Source of the DNA: Longimicrobiales bacterium
Lineage (GTDB): Bacteria; Gemmatimonadota; Gemmatimonadetes; Longimicrobiales; Gaopeijiaceae
Assembly: GCA_965197725.1 (NCBI GenBank)
Contig: CBDANQ010000051.1
Span: 1 to 64,000, forward strand
DNA: 64,000 bases
Direction: 5' to 3'
Part shown: piece by piece, positions 49,052 through 62,820 of the stretch
Layout of the letters: each line of letters starts with the position of its first letter
Position numbering within the stretch: the stretch's first letter is position 1
The notes under the pieces: model-generated
What the model was told of the DNA's origin: nothing
Seen by the model: only the letters and a program-made list of their open reading frames with translations
Database searches by the model: none
Made by a program: the position numbers and the translations under genes

Positions 49052-49621
49052 GTGACGGAGCGTCCCCACGTCCGTATTCATTACCGGCGCCCGCCGGATC
49101 GAGAGATCTTCGATCAAACCGTGGTGCTGGAGCGCGACGACGTCATCGTGACCCTTTCGGAAGCGATGGAGTTCGATGCTCCCATGCGCATCGACGGTGA
49201 CATCGCGCTTGAGACGGGCTCCTCTGTCGTTTGGTTCACCTTCCCCGGTGCGTGGCACGACGTCGGCAGCTTCCACCTCGCCGACGGCAGTTTCACCGGC
49301 TTCTACGCGAACGTGCTCACACCGCCGGAGATCGACGGGCGAGTTTGGCACACTACGGATCTGTACCTCGACGTCTGGGTCTCGGCTGACGGGACTGTCC
49401 ACCTTCTCGACGAGGATGAATTCGACGAAGCAGTGGGACGCGGTCTCGTGGACAAAGACACCGCGCGTCGGGCGCGGGAGGAGGCGGACCGGCTACTGGC
49501 TCAGGCGCGAGACGGTTCGTGGCCACCCGCCGTGGTACGTGAGTGGTCGTTGGAGCGGGCGGCTAGGCGTCGATTCGGTACGCCGCACACAGCCGAGCCA
49601 CATCGACATGAACTCGCTTGA
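49052..49621 (+). CDS. DUF402 domain protein
   Basis: WFTFPGAWHDVG, GFYANV, TDLYLDVWV and LLDEDEFDEA. Confidence 0.85.
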   Translation: MTERPHVRIHYRRPPDREIFDQTVVLERDDVIVTLSEAMEFDAPMRIDGDIALETGSSVVWFTFPGAWHDVGSFHLADGSFTGFYANVLTPPEIDGRVWHTTDLYLDVWVSADGTVHLLDEDEFDEAVGRGLVDKDTARRAREEADRLLAQARDGSWPPAVVREWSLERAARRRFGTPHTAEPHRHELA

Positions 49622-49766
49622 GCACCGCCGGGTCTTCACGCAAGCAGTCGATCAGCCGGTCGTAGCCTTCGAGAGACGCGGACGGGATCTCGATCTCCTC
49701 GTGGTGATAGGAGCCCTCGTCGACCAGCACCAGCCGCACCCTCGACGTACCCGCGCGCTTGCTCAC
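49563..49766 (-). CDS. Small hypothetical protein
   Basis: 67 aa, coupled to the VKOR stop (GTGA overlap); coding-like composition. Confidence 0.7.
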   Translation of the reverse strand: MSKRAGTSRVRLVLVDEGSYHHEEIEIPSASLEGYDRLIDCLREDPAVLKRVHVDVARLCAAYRIDA

Positions 49767-50242
49767 GAGCTACCCTCTCTGAATCGCGCCACTTCCGGAA
49801 CTGATGCGAAGAAGATCAACGTGATGATGATCGCGGAGACCACGCAGTACTGACACCATGCTTCGATGACGAACGCCTCCAGGTACGTCAGGTAGGCGGA
49901 GAAGAGGCCGCCCACCAACGAACCCGCCAGCAGGAGTCCACCGATCATGCGCGATTCACGGTGGTTCGGTCGTAGACCCACGAAGGAAAGCGCGAGAAGC
50001 ACGACGTAGCCCAAAACCCCGATGAAGGAGACGGGGACTGGCCCGAGCGTGGCGTACTGGCTGGACTGCACAGTTGCACAGTCGCCCACACCACACACGA
50101 TGGGGCCGCCCAGCCCCAGGTTGTGGGCGAAGAGGTAGAGCGACACGAAGAAGCCCCCCAACGCCAGCACCGCCACCACCATGCGGTTCGTGGGCGGCGC
50201 GGCCACCGCCGCGCCGCCCACGTTCCGTGCTTCGTCGCCCAC
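49763..50242 (-). CDS. Vitamin K epoxide reductase (VKOR) family protein
   Basis: CGVGDCATVQSS, four TM helices and WCQYC. Confidence 0.92.
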   Translation of the reverse strand: MGDEARNVGGAAVAAPPTNRMVVAVLALGGFFVSLYLFAHNLGLGGPIVCGVGDCATVQSSQYATLGPVPVSFIGVLGYVVLLALSFVGLRPNHRESRMIGGLLLAGSLVGGLFSAYLTYLEAFVIEAWCQYCVVSAIIITLIFFASVPEVARFREGSS

Positions 50243-50258
50243 GCTTGCTCCGGGCGTG

Positions 50259-51011
50259 TCAGTCGGCCCCGCCGGGGTCCCCGGAGCCCGCGATCTGGTC
50301 CACAGCGGCTTGGATGCCCTGAAAGGTGACAGGAACCTGTAAGGATTGGCCGTTCCCGTACACCATGACCGTCGGTGTCGAACTGACGCGGAGCTCGTAC
50401 CCGAGACGCATGTTGGCCGAGACTAGGTCGGCGTGGCGGTCGCTCTTTACGCACGCTTCGAAGTCGTCACTGTTCAGGCCCACGTCCTCTCCGAAACTCA
50501 GAAACTGTGCCATGGGACTCGTCTGGAGCCGCCACGATGTCTGGTTGCGGAAGAGCGCGTCGTGGTACTCCCAGAACTTGTCCTGATCCTGGGCGCAACG
50601 CGCGGAGCGCGCAGCGAGGAACGCGGTCGGGTGAACCGTCGTGAGCGGGAAGTCGTAAAAGATGAACTTAGCCTTCCCGGTCTCGAGCAGCAGCAGCTCG
50701 ATCTGAGGCTTCACGCTCATCGCGAAACCTCCGCAGCCCGGACACGCGTAGTCACCGAACTCGACGATCGTGATCGGCGCGTCTTCATCACCCATGGTGA
50801 CGCCCTGAGCCATTTCGGCCAGCAGCGTCATATCGTCCAGCCCCTCGACCTCGATCGGCTCCATCGCCGCCGCGCCGAGCGCCGAGCTGCCGAGGGAATA
50901 CGCAACGGCGCCGATCCCGACGACCGCGACGACACCCAGGATCACATAGAACTTCGTCATGTCGGAGCCGCCCTGCTCACGGGCCTTTCTCCGTTCTTCG
51001 CTTCTAGACAC
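50259..51011 (-). CDS. DsbA/thioredoxin-fold protein
   Basis: N-terminal TM; EFGDYACPGC, FYDFPL and STPT. Confidence 0.9.
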   Translation of the reverse strand: MSRSEERRKAREQGGSDMTKFYVILGVVAVVGIGAVAYSLGSSALGAAAMEPIEVEGLDDMTLLAEMAQGVTMGDEDAPITIVEFGDYACPGCGGFAMSVKPQIELLLLETGKAKFIFYDFPLTTVHPTAFLAARSARCAQDQDKFWEYHDALFRNQTSWRLQTSPMAQFLSFGEDVGLNSDDFEACVKSDRHADLVSANMRLGYELRVSSTPTVMVYGNGQSLQVPVTFQGIQAAVDQIAGSGDPGGAD

Positions 51012-51163
51012 AGCCTACTCCCCTGCGGAGCGCCCGCGCGGTGGCGGGCTTGGTATCATGTGCGGCGAGCCCGCTAGGCGGGCCTCATACGATATGATGC
51101 GTTTGCGCCTTCAAGATGTTTCCGCAGCAGAGCGGGATCAAGCGATTGGGGTGACGGTCAGGC

Positions 51164-51847
51164 TCAGGTAGTCAGCAAGGCGAGTACCTCATCCGTGGCG
51201 GAAAGGTCCTCGAGCACGTGGTCCGCGCCCGTTTCCGCGAGCTGACGGAGGCTGAAGTGACCTGTCGCGACCGCGAGTGTACGCGTGCCCTCACGCTTCC
51301 CGCAGAAAACGTCCCGAGGGGTGTCGCCGACGACGATCGCATCGCTCGGCTCGATGGTCTCGCGCCAGGCGCGCCGGGCACGCTCGAGCGCGATGGCGGG
51401 AAGTTCGTTTCTGTCCTCGTGGTCGGAGCCATAACTTCCGAGTTCGAAGTGGCCCCATAATGCGGCCGACCTGAGCTTGAGCTCGGCGCCCCCCACGATG
51501 TTACCGGTGAGCAACCCGACGCCGATGTCCCCCATCTCGCTGAGCGCCGCCAGCAGCTCCGCGACGCCGGGGAGCACGTCCACCGGACGGTCGACCAACT
51601 GGACCTCGAGCTTCTCGAGGTAACGACGGAACAGGTCTGGCAGGCACGACTCGACTCGGGCGCGGGCGCAGCCGACGCCAGCCAAGAGCTCCCGCACGAT
51701 CCGCGGATCGGTCTTGCCCGCGAAGCTCACGCCCTCGACGTCTCCGATCGTCCCGAACGTCTCGAGCATCGCCTCGCAAAACGCATCCTTCGCCGGCCCG
51801 CCCGAGATGAGCGTACCATCGATGTCGAAAAGAACGACCCGGCGCAT
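51164..51847 (-). CDS. HAD family hydrolase
   Basis: LFDIDGTL, LLTGN and VGDTPRD. Confidence 0.92.
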   Translation of the reverse strand: MRRVVLFDIDGTLISGGPAKDAFCEAMLETFGTIGDVEGVSFAGKTDPRIVRELLAGVGCARARVESCLPDLFRRYLEKLEVQLVDRPVDVLPGVAELLAALSEMGDIGVGLLTGNIVGGAELKLRSAALWGHFELGSYGSDHEDRNELPAIALERARRAWRETIEPSDAIVVGDTPRDVFCGKREGTRTLAVATGHFSLRQLAETGADHVLEDLSATDEVLALLTT

Positions 51848-51850
51848 CGC

Positions 51851-52825
51851 TCAGGCCAAACTGGCCAGTACGCTCGGATCCAAGTTGCCGCCGCTGACCA
51901 CCACCGCGACCGCCCGGCCCTCTACGTCGATTGCCTTGGAGAGTAGCGCCGCGGTCGTCGCCGCCCCGGAGTACTCGACGACTAGTTTTCGGCGGCTCAC
52001 GAGCCACGCTGTAGCTTCCCGAATCGCATCGTCGTCGACCGTGATGACATCGTCCATCAAGTCTCGCACATGCTCGTAGGTCAGCTCGCCGGCGATCACG
52101 GGAGCCAGGCCGTCCGCAATCGTGTCGATCTCCTCGAGTATCGCGGGATGACCCTCGTCGAGTGCTTTGCGCATCGAAGCAGCTCCGTTGGGCTCCACCC
52201 CGATGACCTGGGCGCCCGGTAGCAGCCTCTTCACCGATGCCGCGATCCCGCTCGCGAGTCCTCCTCCCCCGATGGGCGCCAACACCAAATCGACATCGGG
52301 CCACTCCCGCGCGATCTCGAGGCCGACCGTTCCCTGTCCGGAAATGATGTGCCGGTGATCGAAGGGTGGGACGATGACCAACCCTCGCTCCTCGGCGATC
52401 GCTTGCGCGCGCGCCAGTCGCTCGACGGAGGTCGTGCCCTCGTACTCAATCTCGGCCCCTAGCCGCTCAACGCCGTCTCGCTTGACCGTGGGCGCGGTCG
52501 TGGGCATGACCACGACGACGTGCACGCCCCGAAGCTTGCCCGCGAGCGCCACGGCCTGGGCATGGTTGCCCGAGGAGTACGCGATAATGCCCGACGAGAC
52601 CTGATCGTCAGAGAGTTGCGACACGAAGTTGTGGGCGCCTCGGATCTTGAACGATCCCGCACGTTGCAGGTTCTCACACTTGAGGCGCACCTGGGCGCCG
52701 GTTGCGTCGGAGAGCGCGTCCGCCGGCAGCAGAGGGGTCGACACCGCGACGCCGGCAAGACGCCGCGCCGCGGCCTCGATCTCAGTCAGGCCGACGAGCC
52801 CCTCGCCCTGCACCACGTCGCTCAC
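51851..52825 (-). CDS. PLP-dependent threonine/serine dehydratase
   Basis: [30 protein letters not shown] and SGGN. Confidence 0.92.
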   Translation of the reverse strand: MSDVVQGEGLVGLTEIEAAARRLAGVAVSTPLLPADALSDATGAQVRLKCENLQRAGSFKIRGAHNFVSQLSDDQVSSGIIAYSSGNHAQAVALAGKLRGVHVVVVMPTTAPTVKRDGVERLGAEIEYEGTTSVERLARAQAIAEERGLVIVPPFDHRHIISGQGTVGLEIAREWPDVDLVLAPIGGGGLASGIAASVKRLLPGAQVIGVEPNGAASMRKALDEGHPAILEEIDTIADGLAPVIAGELTYEHVRDLMDDVITVDDDAIREATAWLVSRRKLVVEYSGAATTAALLSKAIDVEGRAVAVVVSGGNLDPSVLASLA

Positions 52826-55311
52826 TCCTCGTTCTCGCCGTTCTCGCCGTTCTCCTCGTCCTCAATGACGACACGCGCGACATCGACCACGATATCGCCC
52901 TCGTCTAGGTTCACGAGCTTCACGCCCTGTGTCGCCCGGCCGATGAGTGAAATCTCGGCGACCCGCTGTCGGTTCACGACACCGGCTTTCGTGATCACCA
53001 TGAGCTGCTCGTCCTCTTGGACCGCCATGATCGCTACGACCTGCCCCGTCCTTTGTGACGTCTTGAGGTTGATGACCCCCTTGCCGCCACGCTTGTGCAG
53101 GCGGTACGCGTCTACGTTCGTCCTCTTCCCCATGCCGTTCTCGGAGACAACCAGAAGTGTCGAATCGGGACGGACCACGACCATTCCCTTGACCACGTCG
53201 TCACCGCGGAGATTGAGCCCGCGCACGCCGGCGGTTGCGCGCCCCATCTGACGCGCGTCGCGCTCGTTGAATCGGATCGCCTTGCCGCCGCGACTCGCGA
53301 GAATGATCTCGTCGTCACCCGACGTGATCTGAACGTCGATCAGCTCGTCGCCTTCGCGGATGTTGATCGCGTTGAGGCCCACCGCACGGACGTTCCCGTA
53401 CGCGGATAGCGCGCTCTTCTTCACCATGCCCAGGCGGGTGGAGAACAGGAGGTTCTTCTCCTCCGAAAACTCCCGCACCGGCACTACGGATGCGATCGCC
53501 TCGTCGTCGGCGAGGTCGAGCAGGTTGACGATGGGCTTTCCGCGCGCGGTCCGGCCGCCGACCGGTATCTCCCACACCTTGATCCAGTAGCACTGGCCGC
53601 GGCGCGTGAAGATCATGACGTAGTCGTGCGTGGACGCCACGAAGAGGTGTTCAACCCAGTCCTCGTCCTTGGTATCCATGCCGCGCAAGCCTCGGCCGCC
53701 ACGGCGCTGGGCCCGGTACGTGTCGAGTGCGAGACGCTTCACGTAGCCCTGATGGGAGACCGTGAGGACCATGTCCTCCTCGACGATGAGGTCCTCGACG
53801 TCGAACGAGCCGACCGCTTCGGTAATCTCGGTCCGACGGTCGTCGCCGAATTTGCCTGAAACCGTGCGCAGCTCCTCTTTGAGGATCTCCATGCGCCGAG
53901 CTTCGGACTCCAAGATCTCGCGCAGGTCCTTGATGACGATGCGTACCTCGCCGAGCTCCTCATCGAGCTTGTCGATCTCAAGCCCGGTGAGCCGCGCGAG
54001 TCGCATGTCCAGGATCGCCTTCACCTGCCGCTCCGACAGCTCGAACGCCTCCCGCAACTGCTCGGAGGCCGCCACTATGTCCTTCGAGCCGCGGATGATC
54101 TTGATCACCTGGTCGATATGGTCGACCGCGATCTTCAGACCCTCGAGGATGTGCTCGCGCTCGAGCGCCTTGGCGAGGTCGAACTCGCTCCGGCGCATGA
54201 TGACCTCGTGGCGGTGGTCCAAGAAGTGCCGCAGCATCTCGCGGAGCGGCATGACCTTCGGCTGACCATCGACCAGCGCGAGCATGATCGTCCCGAACGT
54301 CGACTGCATCTGCGTGTGCCTATACAGCCGGTTGAGAACCACCTGGGGTACGGCATCCCTCTTCAGCTCGATCACGATGCGCATGCCGTCGCGATCGGAC
54401 TCGTCCCGCATGTCGCGGATGTCGGGCAGCTTCTTGTCTCGAACCAACTGCGCGATTTGCTCTACGAGCCGCGCCTTGTTGATCATGAACGGGAGCTCGG
54501 TGACGACGATCCGTTCGTTGTTCGCGTCGATCGGCTCGATCTCGGCCCGCGCGCGCATGACGATCCTGCCCCGACCCGTGCGATACGCGTCTCGGATGCC
54601 CTCTCGCCCGCAAACGAAACCGGCCGTCGGGAAGTCCGGGCCCTGGATGATCCGCTCGAGTTCCTCTTGTGGAAGATCGGGGTCGTCGATCAGCGCGATG
54701 GACGCTTCCACGACCTCACGCAGGTTGTGCGGAGGGATGTTGGTCGCCATACCGACCGCGATCCCAGACGAGCCATTTATGAGCAAGTTCGGGATTCGCG
54801 CCGGAAGGACGGTAGGCTCGTTCTTGCTGTCGTCGAAATTCGGCTTGTAGTCGACGGTTTCCTTGTCGATGTCGGCGAGGAGCTCCATCGCCAGATGAGT
54901 GAGGCGCGCCTCGGTGTACCGGTATGCCGCCGCGGAGTCGCCATCCACCGAACCGAAGTTACCCTGACCGTCGACGAGTGGGTAACGCAAGGAGAAATCC
55001 TGAACCATGCGCACCATCGAGTCGTAGACAGACGAGTCACCGTGCGGGTGATACTTACCCAAGACGTCACCGACGACCGTTGCACTCTTCTTGTACGCGC
55101 GCCCGGGACTCAGGCCGATCTCGCCCATGGCGTAGAGGATGCGGCGATGAACCGGCTTGAGACCGTCCCTCACATCTGGGAGTGCGCGCTGCACGATCAC
55201 GCTCATCGAGTAGTCGATGAACGATTCGCGCATCTCGTCCTCGAGCAGGCGTGATAGTACGGTCCCTCCGCCCCCGCCGTCTCCGCCTACGAGCCCGAGC
55301 TCGTCACTCAT
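52822..55311 (-). CDS. gyrA: DNA gyrase subunit A
   Basis: [30 protein letters not shown] and GyrA-box QRRGGRG. Confidence 0.98.
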   Translation of the reverse strand: MSDELGLVGGDGGGGGTVLSRLLEDEMRESFIDYSMSVIVQRALPDVRDGLKPVHRRILYAMGEIGLSPGRAYKKSATVVGDVLGKYHPHGDSSVYDSMVRMVQDFSLRYPLVDGQGNFGSVDGDSAAAYRYTEARLTHLAMELLADIDKETVDYKPNFDDSKNEPTVLPARIPNLLINGSSGIAVGMATNIPPHNLREVVEASIALIDDPDLPQEELERIIQGPDFPTAGFVCGREGIRDAYRTGRGRIVMRARAEIEPIDANNERIVVTELPFMINKARLVEQIAQLVRDKKLPDIRDMRDESDRDGMRIVIELKRDAVPQVVLNRLYRHTQMQSTFGTIMLALVDGQPKVMPLREMLRHFLDHRHEVIMRRSEFDLAKALEREHILEGLKIAVDHIDQVIKIIRGSKDIVAASEQLREAFELSERQVKAILDMRLARLTGLEIDKLDEELGEVRIVIKDLREILESEARRMEILKEELRTVSGKFGDDRRTEITEAVGSFDVEDLIVEEDMVLTVSHQGYVKRLALDTYRAQRRGGRGLRGMDTKDEDWVEHLFVASTHDYVMIFTRRGQCYWIKVWEIPVGGRTARGKPIVNLLDLADDEAIASVVPVREFSEEKNLLFSTRLGMVKKSALSAYGNVRAVGLNAINIREGDELIDVQITSGDDEIILASRGGKAIRFNERDARQMGRATAGVRGLNLRGDDVVKGMVVVRPDSTLLVVSENGMGKRTNVDAYRLHKRGGKGVINLKTSQRTGQVVAIMAVQEDEQLMVITKAGVVNRQRVAEISLIGRATQGVKLVNLDEGDIVVDVARVVIEDEENGENGENEE

Positions 55312-55365
55312 GCGTCCGTCCTTCCTCGGGTTCAATCCGCCGGCTCGAACCGACCCGGGACCGAG

Positions 55366-55755
55366 TCAGTACCGCACCGAGAGGCCGGTCCATTTGCACG
55401 CCGTGCAGCGGCGCCTGGTGAGCCTCCGCCCCATGAACGTCGACAGCATTCGATGCACGCTTTTCCTCTTCAGCCGCTCCGTGTCCTCGCCACACACCGG
55501 GCATGTGCCTCCCACAGCGCTCACCCTTCCCTCCGCACGCTCGAGAATCAGGTGCACGAGACCCACGACGAGGCCGACCGCGAGCAGCGACACGCCGACA
55601 ACGAAGCGGGTGGGGGAAACGAATGACTCGAATCCGTCGACGACCGCCCGAAAGCCAGACGACAGCCGGAGTGCCGTAAGCGAGGCCACCTTCGTCGATA
55701 GCTCCAGACCCAGCACCACGAGCCCGGCCGCGAGCATTGGCGTCGTCCGCCGCAC
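55366..55755 (-). CDS. Hypothetical membrane protein with C-terminal zinc ribbon
   Basis: Two hydrophobic segments; CPVCG...CTAC. Confidence 0.7.
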   Translation of the reverse strand: MRRTTPMLAAGLVVLGLELSTKVASLTALRLSSGFRAVVDGFESFVSPTRFVVGVSLLAVGLVVGLVHLILERAEGRVSAVGGTCPVCGEDTERLKRKSVHRMLSTFMGRRLTRRRCTACKWTGLSVRY

Positions 55756-55905
55756 TAGCGGTCGGGCCCTATGGTCGCGGGGGGCTCAGAGAGGTAAAGA
55801 ACGTGGGGCAAGCGCTCGCTCCTGTGAGGCTCTAGGATGTCTCCTGAGGGCGCTCGGGGCGCTTCCTCCCGAGACCGTGAAAAATAACGCTTTTTCCCGC
55901 CCGAA

Positions 55906-56919
55906 TCACGCCATTACGACGAAAGATTTCAGCTCTTCCAGCCCGCCCTCGGACAGCAGGCTTCGCAGCTGCTCTCGCGCGCCTTTCTGGCCGACGGCAC
56001 CCAGGTGCAAAACACCCCGTTCGGCCAGTGCGCGCGCGGTATCCAGGACTGGGACATCGTGTATTATCTGGCCGATTTTCCGCGGGTCCACTTCGGCGAA
56101 CGCGGAGAGCTTTACGCCTCGTTTCACGAGCTCTTTGGCGAGCGCCTTGCCCACCGGTCCGGCACCCCAGATCAAGGCACCCTCGATAACCCCGGGGAAA
56201 GCCTCGAGCAGGTAGTGCACCTTGCAGCGCCGGAAGGCGTCCGGAGAGTATGTGGGATCTGTCCGGGACAGCCGACTCTTCCCCTCACGCCAGCTCAAGA
56301 GCTTCTCCGGAACTACGCCCAGCCCCCCTCCAGCGCGCCACAGCCGGAAGACGAGGTCATAGTCCTCGGGCCACCCCCGGTCCCGATACCCTCCGACCGC
56401 CGCGACCACCTCAGCGCGCATGAAGAACGTCGGGTGCGCGATCGGGCACTCGACGAAGATCTCACGGGCCACCTCCTCCCGCGTCGTGATCGAGTTTATC
56501 CATGCTTCGTACCAGAGCGCTCCTTCGTCGACGTGCTCACGAGGGAAGTACTCTACCCGGCATCCGCAGAGCGAGAGCTTGGGTTCGGACTCCATGCGCT
56601 CGTATTGACGAGCGAACCGCGTCCGCGCCGACACGTCGTCGGCGTCCATGCGAACGAGGTATCGTCCCCGCGCAACCCCACGGCCGGCCTCGAGGGCGGC
56701 GACGATGCCCTGAGGGGCCTGCTGAATCACGGTCACGCGCGCATCGCGTGAAGCCCATGCCCGCAACTTCTGGTAGGTATCGTCCAGGGAGCCGTCATCG
56801 ACGGCGACAACCTCGAATTCGATGAAGGACTGCTCTTCGATCGATTCGATCGCCTCGTCGAGATGAGCGGCGCCGTCCCGGACCGGGAGCAGCACGGAGA
56901 CGAGTGGAGGAGCTGTCAT
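55906..56919 (-). CDS. Family 2 glycosyltransferase with C-terminal Rossmann-like domain
   Basis: VSVLLPV, VDDGS, RMDADD, EDYDL and IWGAGPVGK. Confidence 0.9.
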   Translation of the reverse strand: MTAPPLVSVLLPVRDGAAHLDEAIESIEEQSFIEFEVVAVDDGSLDDTYQKLRAWASRDARVTVIQQAPQGIVAALEAGRGVARGRYLVRMDADDVSARTRFARQYERMESEPKLSLCGCRVEYFPREHVDEGALWYEAWINSITTREEVAREIFVECPIAHPTFFMRAEVVAAVGGYRDRGWPEDYDLVFRLWRAGGGLGVVPEKLLSWREGKSRLSRTDPTYSPDAFRRCKVHYLLEAFPGVIEGALIWGAGPVGKALAKELVKRGVKLSAFAEVDPRKIGQIIHDVPVLDTARALAERGVLHLGAVGQKGAREQLRSLLSEGGLEELKSFVVMA

Positions 56920-57170
56920 GGGCGACGATTCGGTCCCTTCCAGAGGATGCGGAAGCGACCCACCTCGGCGAACCACCGGAAGCGGGCCTCGAGGCTGTCG
57001 AGCAGTGGACCTTCGACCGGTGGCGAGAACAGCCGCCGCCGGTTCAAGACCACGACCTTAAGACCGGTGTCATCTATGAGAGACAGAATCCGGCGGGTCC
57101 GGCCTTCCGGGTCTGCACGACGACAACGTACATCATCTTCGACGCTATCGGCGAGACGAGTTGCGTAGCC
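56916..57170 (-). pseudogene. Probable C-terminal remnant of an unknown gene
   Basis: Coding-like frame (RILSLIDDTGLKVVVLN..GRFRILWK) whose stop overlaps the GT2 start; no credible start. Confidence 0.4.
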
Positions 57171-57181
57171 GCATCTCCGCG

Positions 57182-57477
57182 GCAGGATGGCGGATCGAGC
57201 AACTGAGCTATGTGAACACCCTCCTCTTCCCACCGATCGCGGTGCTGCGCGCGCTGGAACGCCTCATGCCCAAGAGGGCGCCCGACGAAGCGCGGGCATG
57301 ACCGGTTTCGGACTTCCACCCGGGCCCGTGAATCGGCTCCTCGCGGGTCTCCTCTCCTTCGAGGGCTCGCTCATGCGGTACATCAACCTTCCGATGGGCG
57401 TCGGCTTCATCTGCCGGGCACGCCGCGACGGCACGAGCGAAACGGACTCCGTGGTCCCTCCCGCCCAGCGTCGCTGA
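57182..57477 (+). pseudogene. C-terminal remnant of a class I SAM-dependent methyltransferase, frameshifted near 57295
   Basis: AGWRIEQLSYVNTLLFPPIAVLR...PPGPVNRLL...E..LPMGVGFICRARR tail; SAM-binding N-terminus absent. Confidence 0.6.
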
Positions 57478-57579
57478 TGGCTCGCGGCACAGAACGAATC
57501 GTCGGTGAGCTGCCCCCACATGTCGTCGTGAGCGCGCGGAGACCGAAGTAACCGCTGCGCCTCCCGCTCGCAGAAGTCC

Positions 57580-60396
<2,817 letters not shown>

Positions 60397-60471
60397 GCCG
60401 AACGATATCACCGACGTCCACACCGAACAGGCCTTGACGGCCGCTCGCGCCCCGGACAGCTTTTCCGGACT

Positions 60472-60549
60472 ATGAAGAACATGATCCACGTCGCGCACCA
60501 TCATCATCACGGGGCCCCACTGGGCTGCGGAGGATTGGTGCGTACCTAG
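60472..60549 (+). CDS. hisL: His operon leader peptide
   Basis: MKNMIHVAHHHHHGAPLGCGGLVRT*, with five consecutive His codons upstream of hisG. Confidence 0.88.
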   Translation: MKNMIHVAHHHHHGAPLGCGGLVRT

Positions 60550-60575
60550 GACGTAGATCCAGGAAGCAACAAGCC

Positions 60576-60611
60576 ACCGCGGCCCGTCTCGGACGGGCTG
60601 CGGTTTTTTTT
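60576..60611 (+). terminator. Attenuator terminator of the his leader
   Basis: CCGCGGCCCGTC-TCG-GACGGGCTGCGG followed by T8; GGGCTGCGG at 60522-60530 can pair with the 5' arm as an antiterminator. Confidence 0.9.
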
Positions 60612-60622
60612 GGAGACGAACC

Positions 60623-61510
60623 GTGGCTCTACCTCAAACAGATCAACGCATCCGCATCGCGCTGCCGAACAAAGGGCGCCTCTCCGAGCGCGCGCTTCAA
60701 CTCTTCGAGCAAGCTGGCCTCAAACCCGCGTTCAGGGTGGACCGGGCGCTCGTGGCGTCACTGGGCGATGACTTCCAGGCGATCTTCGTGCGCGCTGCGG
60801 ATGTGCCGGAGTACCTCGCCGATGGAGCCGCCGACCTCGGAGTGACGGGCCTCGACCTCGTAGAGGAGAGCGGCCGGAACGTCGAGCAAGTGCTCGATCT
60901 CGGCTTCGGCCGTTGCCGGCTGGTCGTAGCCGTACGCGACGAGTCGATCGCGACCAGCGCGACGGACTTGCCCGCCGGCACGCGGGTCGCCACGTCGTTC
61001 CCGCGCGTGGCGTCTCGGTACTTCGAGGCGCTCGGCATCCCGATCGAGATCGCGCCGGTCTCGGGTTCAACCGAGATCGCCCCACACTTGGGCGTAGCGG
61101 ACGTCATCGTGGATCTGACCTCCACCGGCTCGACGTTGCGCGTGAACGGGCTCAGGGAGATCGACACGATCCTCGACTCCTCCGCTCACTTGATCGCTCG
61201 ACAGGGCTCGCTCACCGACCCCTCGAAACGGAGCGCGATCCACGACCTGGCCACGGCGATCGAGTCGGTGCTGCGTGCGCAGGAGAAGCGATACCTGATG
61301 GCCAACGTGCCGCGTGCCAAGCTCGACGAAGTGCGTCAGATCATCCCCGGACTTTCGGGCCCCACGATCGTCGAGGTTCTCGACTCGGGATCCTGGGTCG
61401 CCGCGCACGCGGTGGTGGACGCCGGAGCGGTCTACCAAACGATCGCACGCCTCAAGGAACTGGGCGCCGAGGGAATCCTGGTCACTCGCATCGAGAGGTT
61501 GATGCCGTGA
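60623..61510 (+). CDS. hisG: ATP phosphoribosyltransferase (long form)
   Basis: IALPNKGRL, RAADVP, DLGFGRCRL, SGSTEIAP and DLTSTGSTL; C-terminal regulatory domain. Confidence 0.97.
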   Translation: MALPQTDQRIRIALPNKGRLSERALQLFEQAGLKPAFRVDRALVASLGDDFQAIFVRAADVPEYLADGAADLGVTGLDLVEESGRNVEQVLDLGFGRCRLVVAVRDESIATSATDLPAGTRVATSFPRVASRYFEALGIPIEIAPVSGSTEIAPHLGVADVIVDLTSTGSTLRVNGLREIDTILDSSAHLIARQGSLTDPSKRSAIHDLATAIESVLRAQEKRYLMANVPRAKLDEVRQIIPGLSGPTIVEVLDSGSWVAAHAVVDAGAVYQTIARLKELGAEGILVTRIERLMP

Positions 61511-62820
61511 GCGACGCCGTGAGTGACATGGTGCTCTTCGCAGAAGGACCACTCGGCGACCTGGACCCTGCGATACTCGAGCGGCTACTCGAGCGCAGCC
61601 CACGGGATGCCTCCGACGTATCGACCACCGTGAGGCGCCTGATCGCCGACGTGCGGGGGCGGGGGGACGCCGCGTTGGTGGAGATGGCGAAGCGCTTCGA
61701 CGGCGTCGAAGTCACTGGTATCGAGGTGCCCCGGGACCGCTGGGACGAGGCCCTCGGGGTGCTGCCCGTGGAGGTCCGGCAGGCCCTTCTGCGTGCGGCT
61801 GGCAACATCCGGAACTTTCATGCAGCCCAAATTCCGAGAGACGTCGTGCTCGATGTCGAAGCGGGTGTGCGCATCACGCGCACGGTGGTCCCACTCGAGA
61901 GGGTCGGGGTGTACGCGCCCGGGGGAAGGGCCGCATACCCCAGCTCCGTGCTCATGGGCGTCGTGCCCGCGAGAGCCGCGGGCGTGGGCGAGGTGGTCGT
62001 ATGCTCCCCTCCGGGGCCCGAGCTTGTCCCACCCATGGAAGTTCTGGCCGCCTGCGCCGTCGCCGGCGCTGACAGGCTGTTCGCGATCGGCGGCGCGGGA
62101 GCGATCGCCGCTCTGGCGTTCGGGACCGAAACGGTGTCCGCAGTCGACGCGATCGTCGGCCCGGGGAACCGCTGGGTAAGCGAGGCGAAGCGGCAGGTTG
62201 CGGGCCGCGTGGTGATCGACTGCCCGGCAGGCCCCTCCGAAGTGCTCGTGGTGGCGGACGACTCGGCGGACGCGACCTGGGCAGCGCACGAATTGCTGGC
62301 CCAAGCCGAACACGACCCGGACGCGGCGTGTGTGCTCGTGACGACCTCCGAGCGCGTGGCTCGAGAGAGTCGTGAAGCACTCGGCCGGCTACTGGCGGAC
62401 GCTCCGCGAGCGGGGGTCACTCGAGCGGCGCTCGCGAGCGCGGGCGCGATCCTGATCGCGAGCTCAGACGCCGATGCTTTCGACTTCGCGCAGCGGTACG
62501 CGCCCGAGCACCTCTCGATCATGACCGCTCCCGGCGCGGAGGACGCCCGCCGAGTCAGCACGGCCGGGACCACCTTCGTGGGGGGTCATGCGTCGGTGGC
62601 GTTCGGCGACTACCTCACCGGCGCGAACCATGTGCTGCCCACAGGAGGTCGGGCGCGCAGCTTCTCCGGCCTCTCCGTGCAGCACTTCCTGCGGTCGTAC
62701 ACGATCCAAGAGGTAACCCGGGAGGGAGCGGCGGGGATGGCGGACGACGTCGCGACGCTCGCCACGGCCGAAGGGCTGCCGGCACATGCGGCGGCGGCTC
62801 TCGCGAGGTCAGGCGTATGA
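61507..62820 (+). CDS. hisD: Histidinol dehydrogenase
   Basis: GVYAPGGRAAYPSSVLM, GPGN, AGPSEV, QAEHD, APEHL and GANHVLPT. Confidence 0.97.
   Translation: MSDAVSDMVLFAEGPLGDLDPAILERLLERSPRDASDVSTTVRRLIADVRGRGDAALVEMAKRFDGVEVTGIEVPRDRWDEALGVLPVEVRQALLRAAGNIRNFHAAQIPRDVVLDVEAGVRITRTVVPLERVGVYAPGGRAAYPSSVLMGVVPARAAGVGEVVVCSPPGPELVPPMEVLAACAVAGADRLFAIGGAGAIAALAFGTETVSAVDAIVGPGNRWVSEAKRQVAGRVVIDCPAGPSEVLVVADDSADATWAAHELLAQAEHDPDAACVLVTTSERVARESREALGRLLADAPRAGVTRAALASAGAILIASSDADAFDFAQRYAPEHLSIMTAPGAEDARRVSTAGTTFVGGHASVAFGDYLTGANHVLPTGGRARSFSGLSVQHFLRSYTIQEVTREGAAGMADDVATLATAEGLPAHAAAALARSGV

Noticed and set aside
60397..60510. N-terminal extension of UvrA (MMMMVRD...)
   Set aside because: The Met run is the antisense of the His codons in hisL; UvrA homology starts at 60396.
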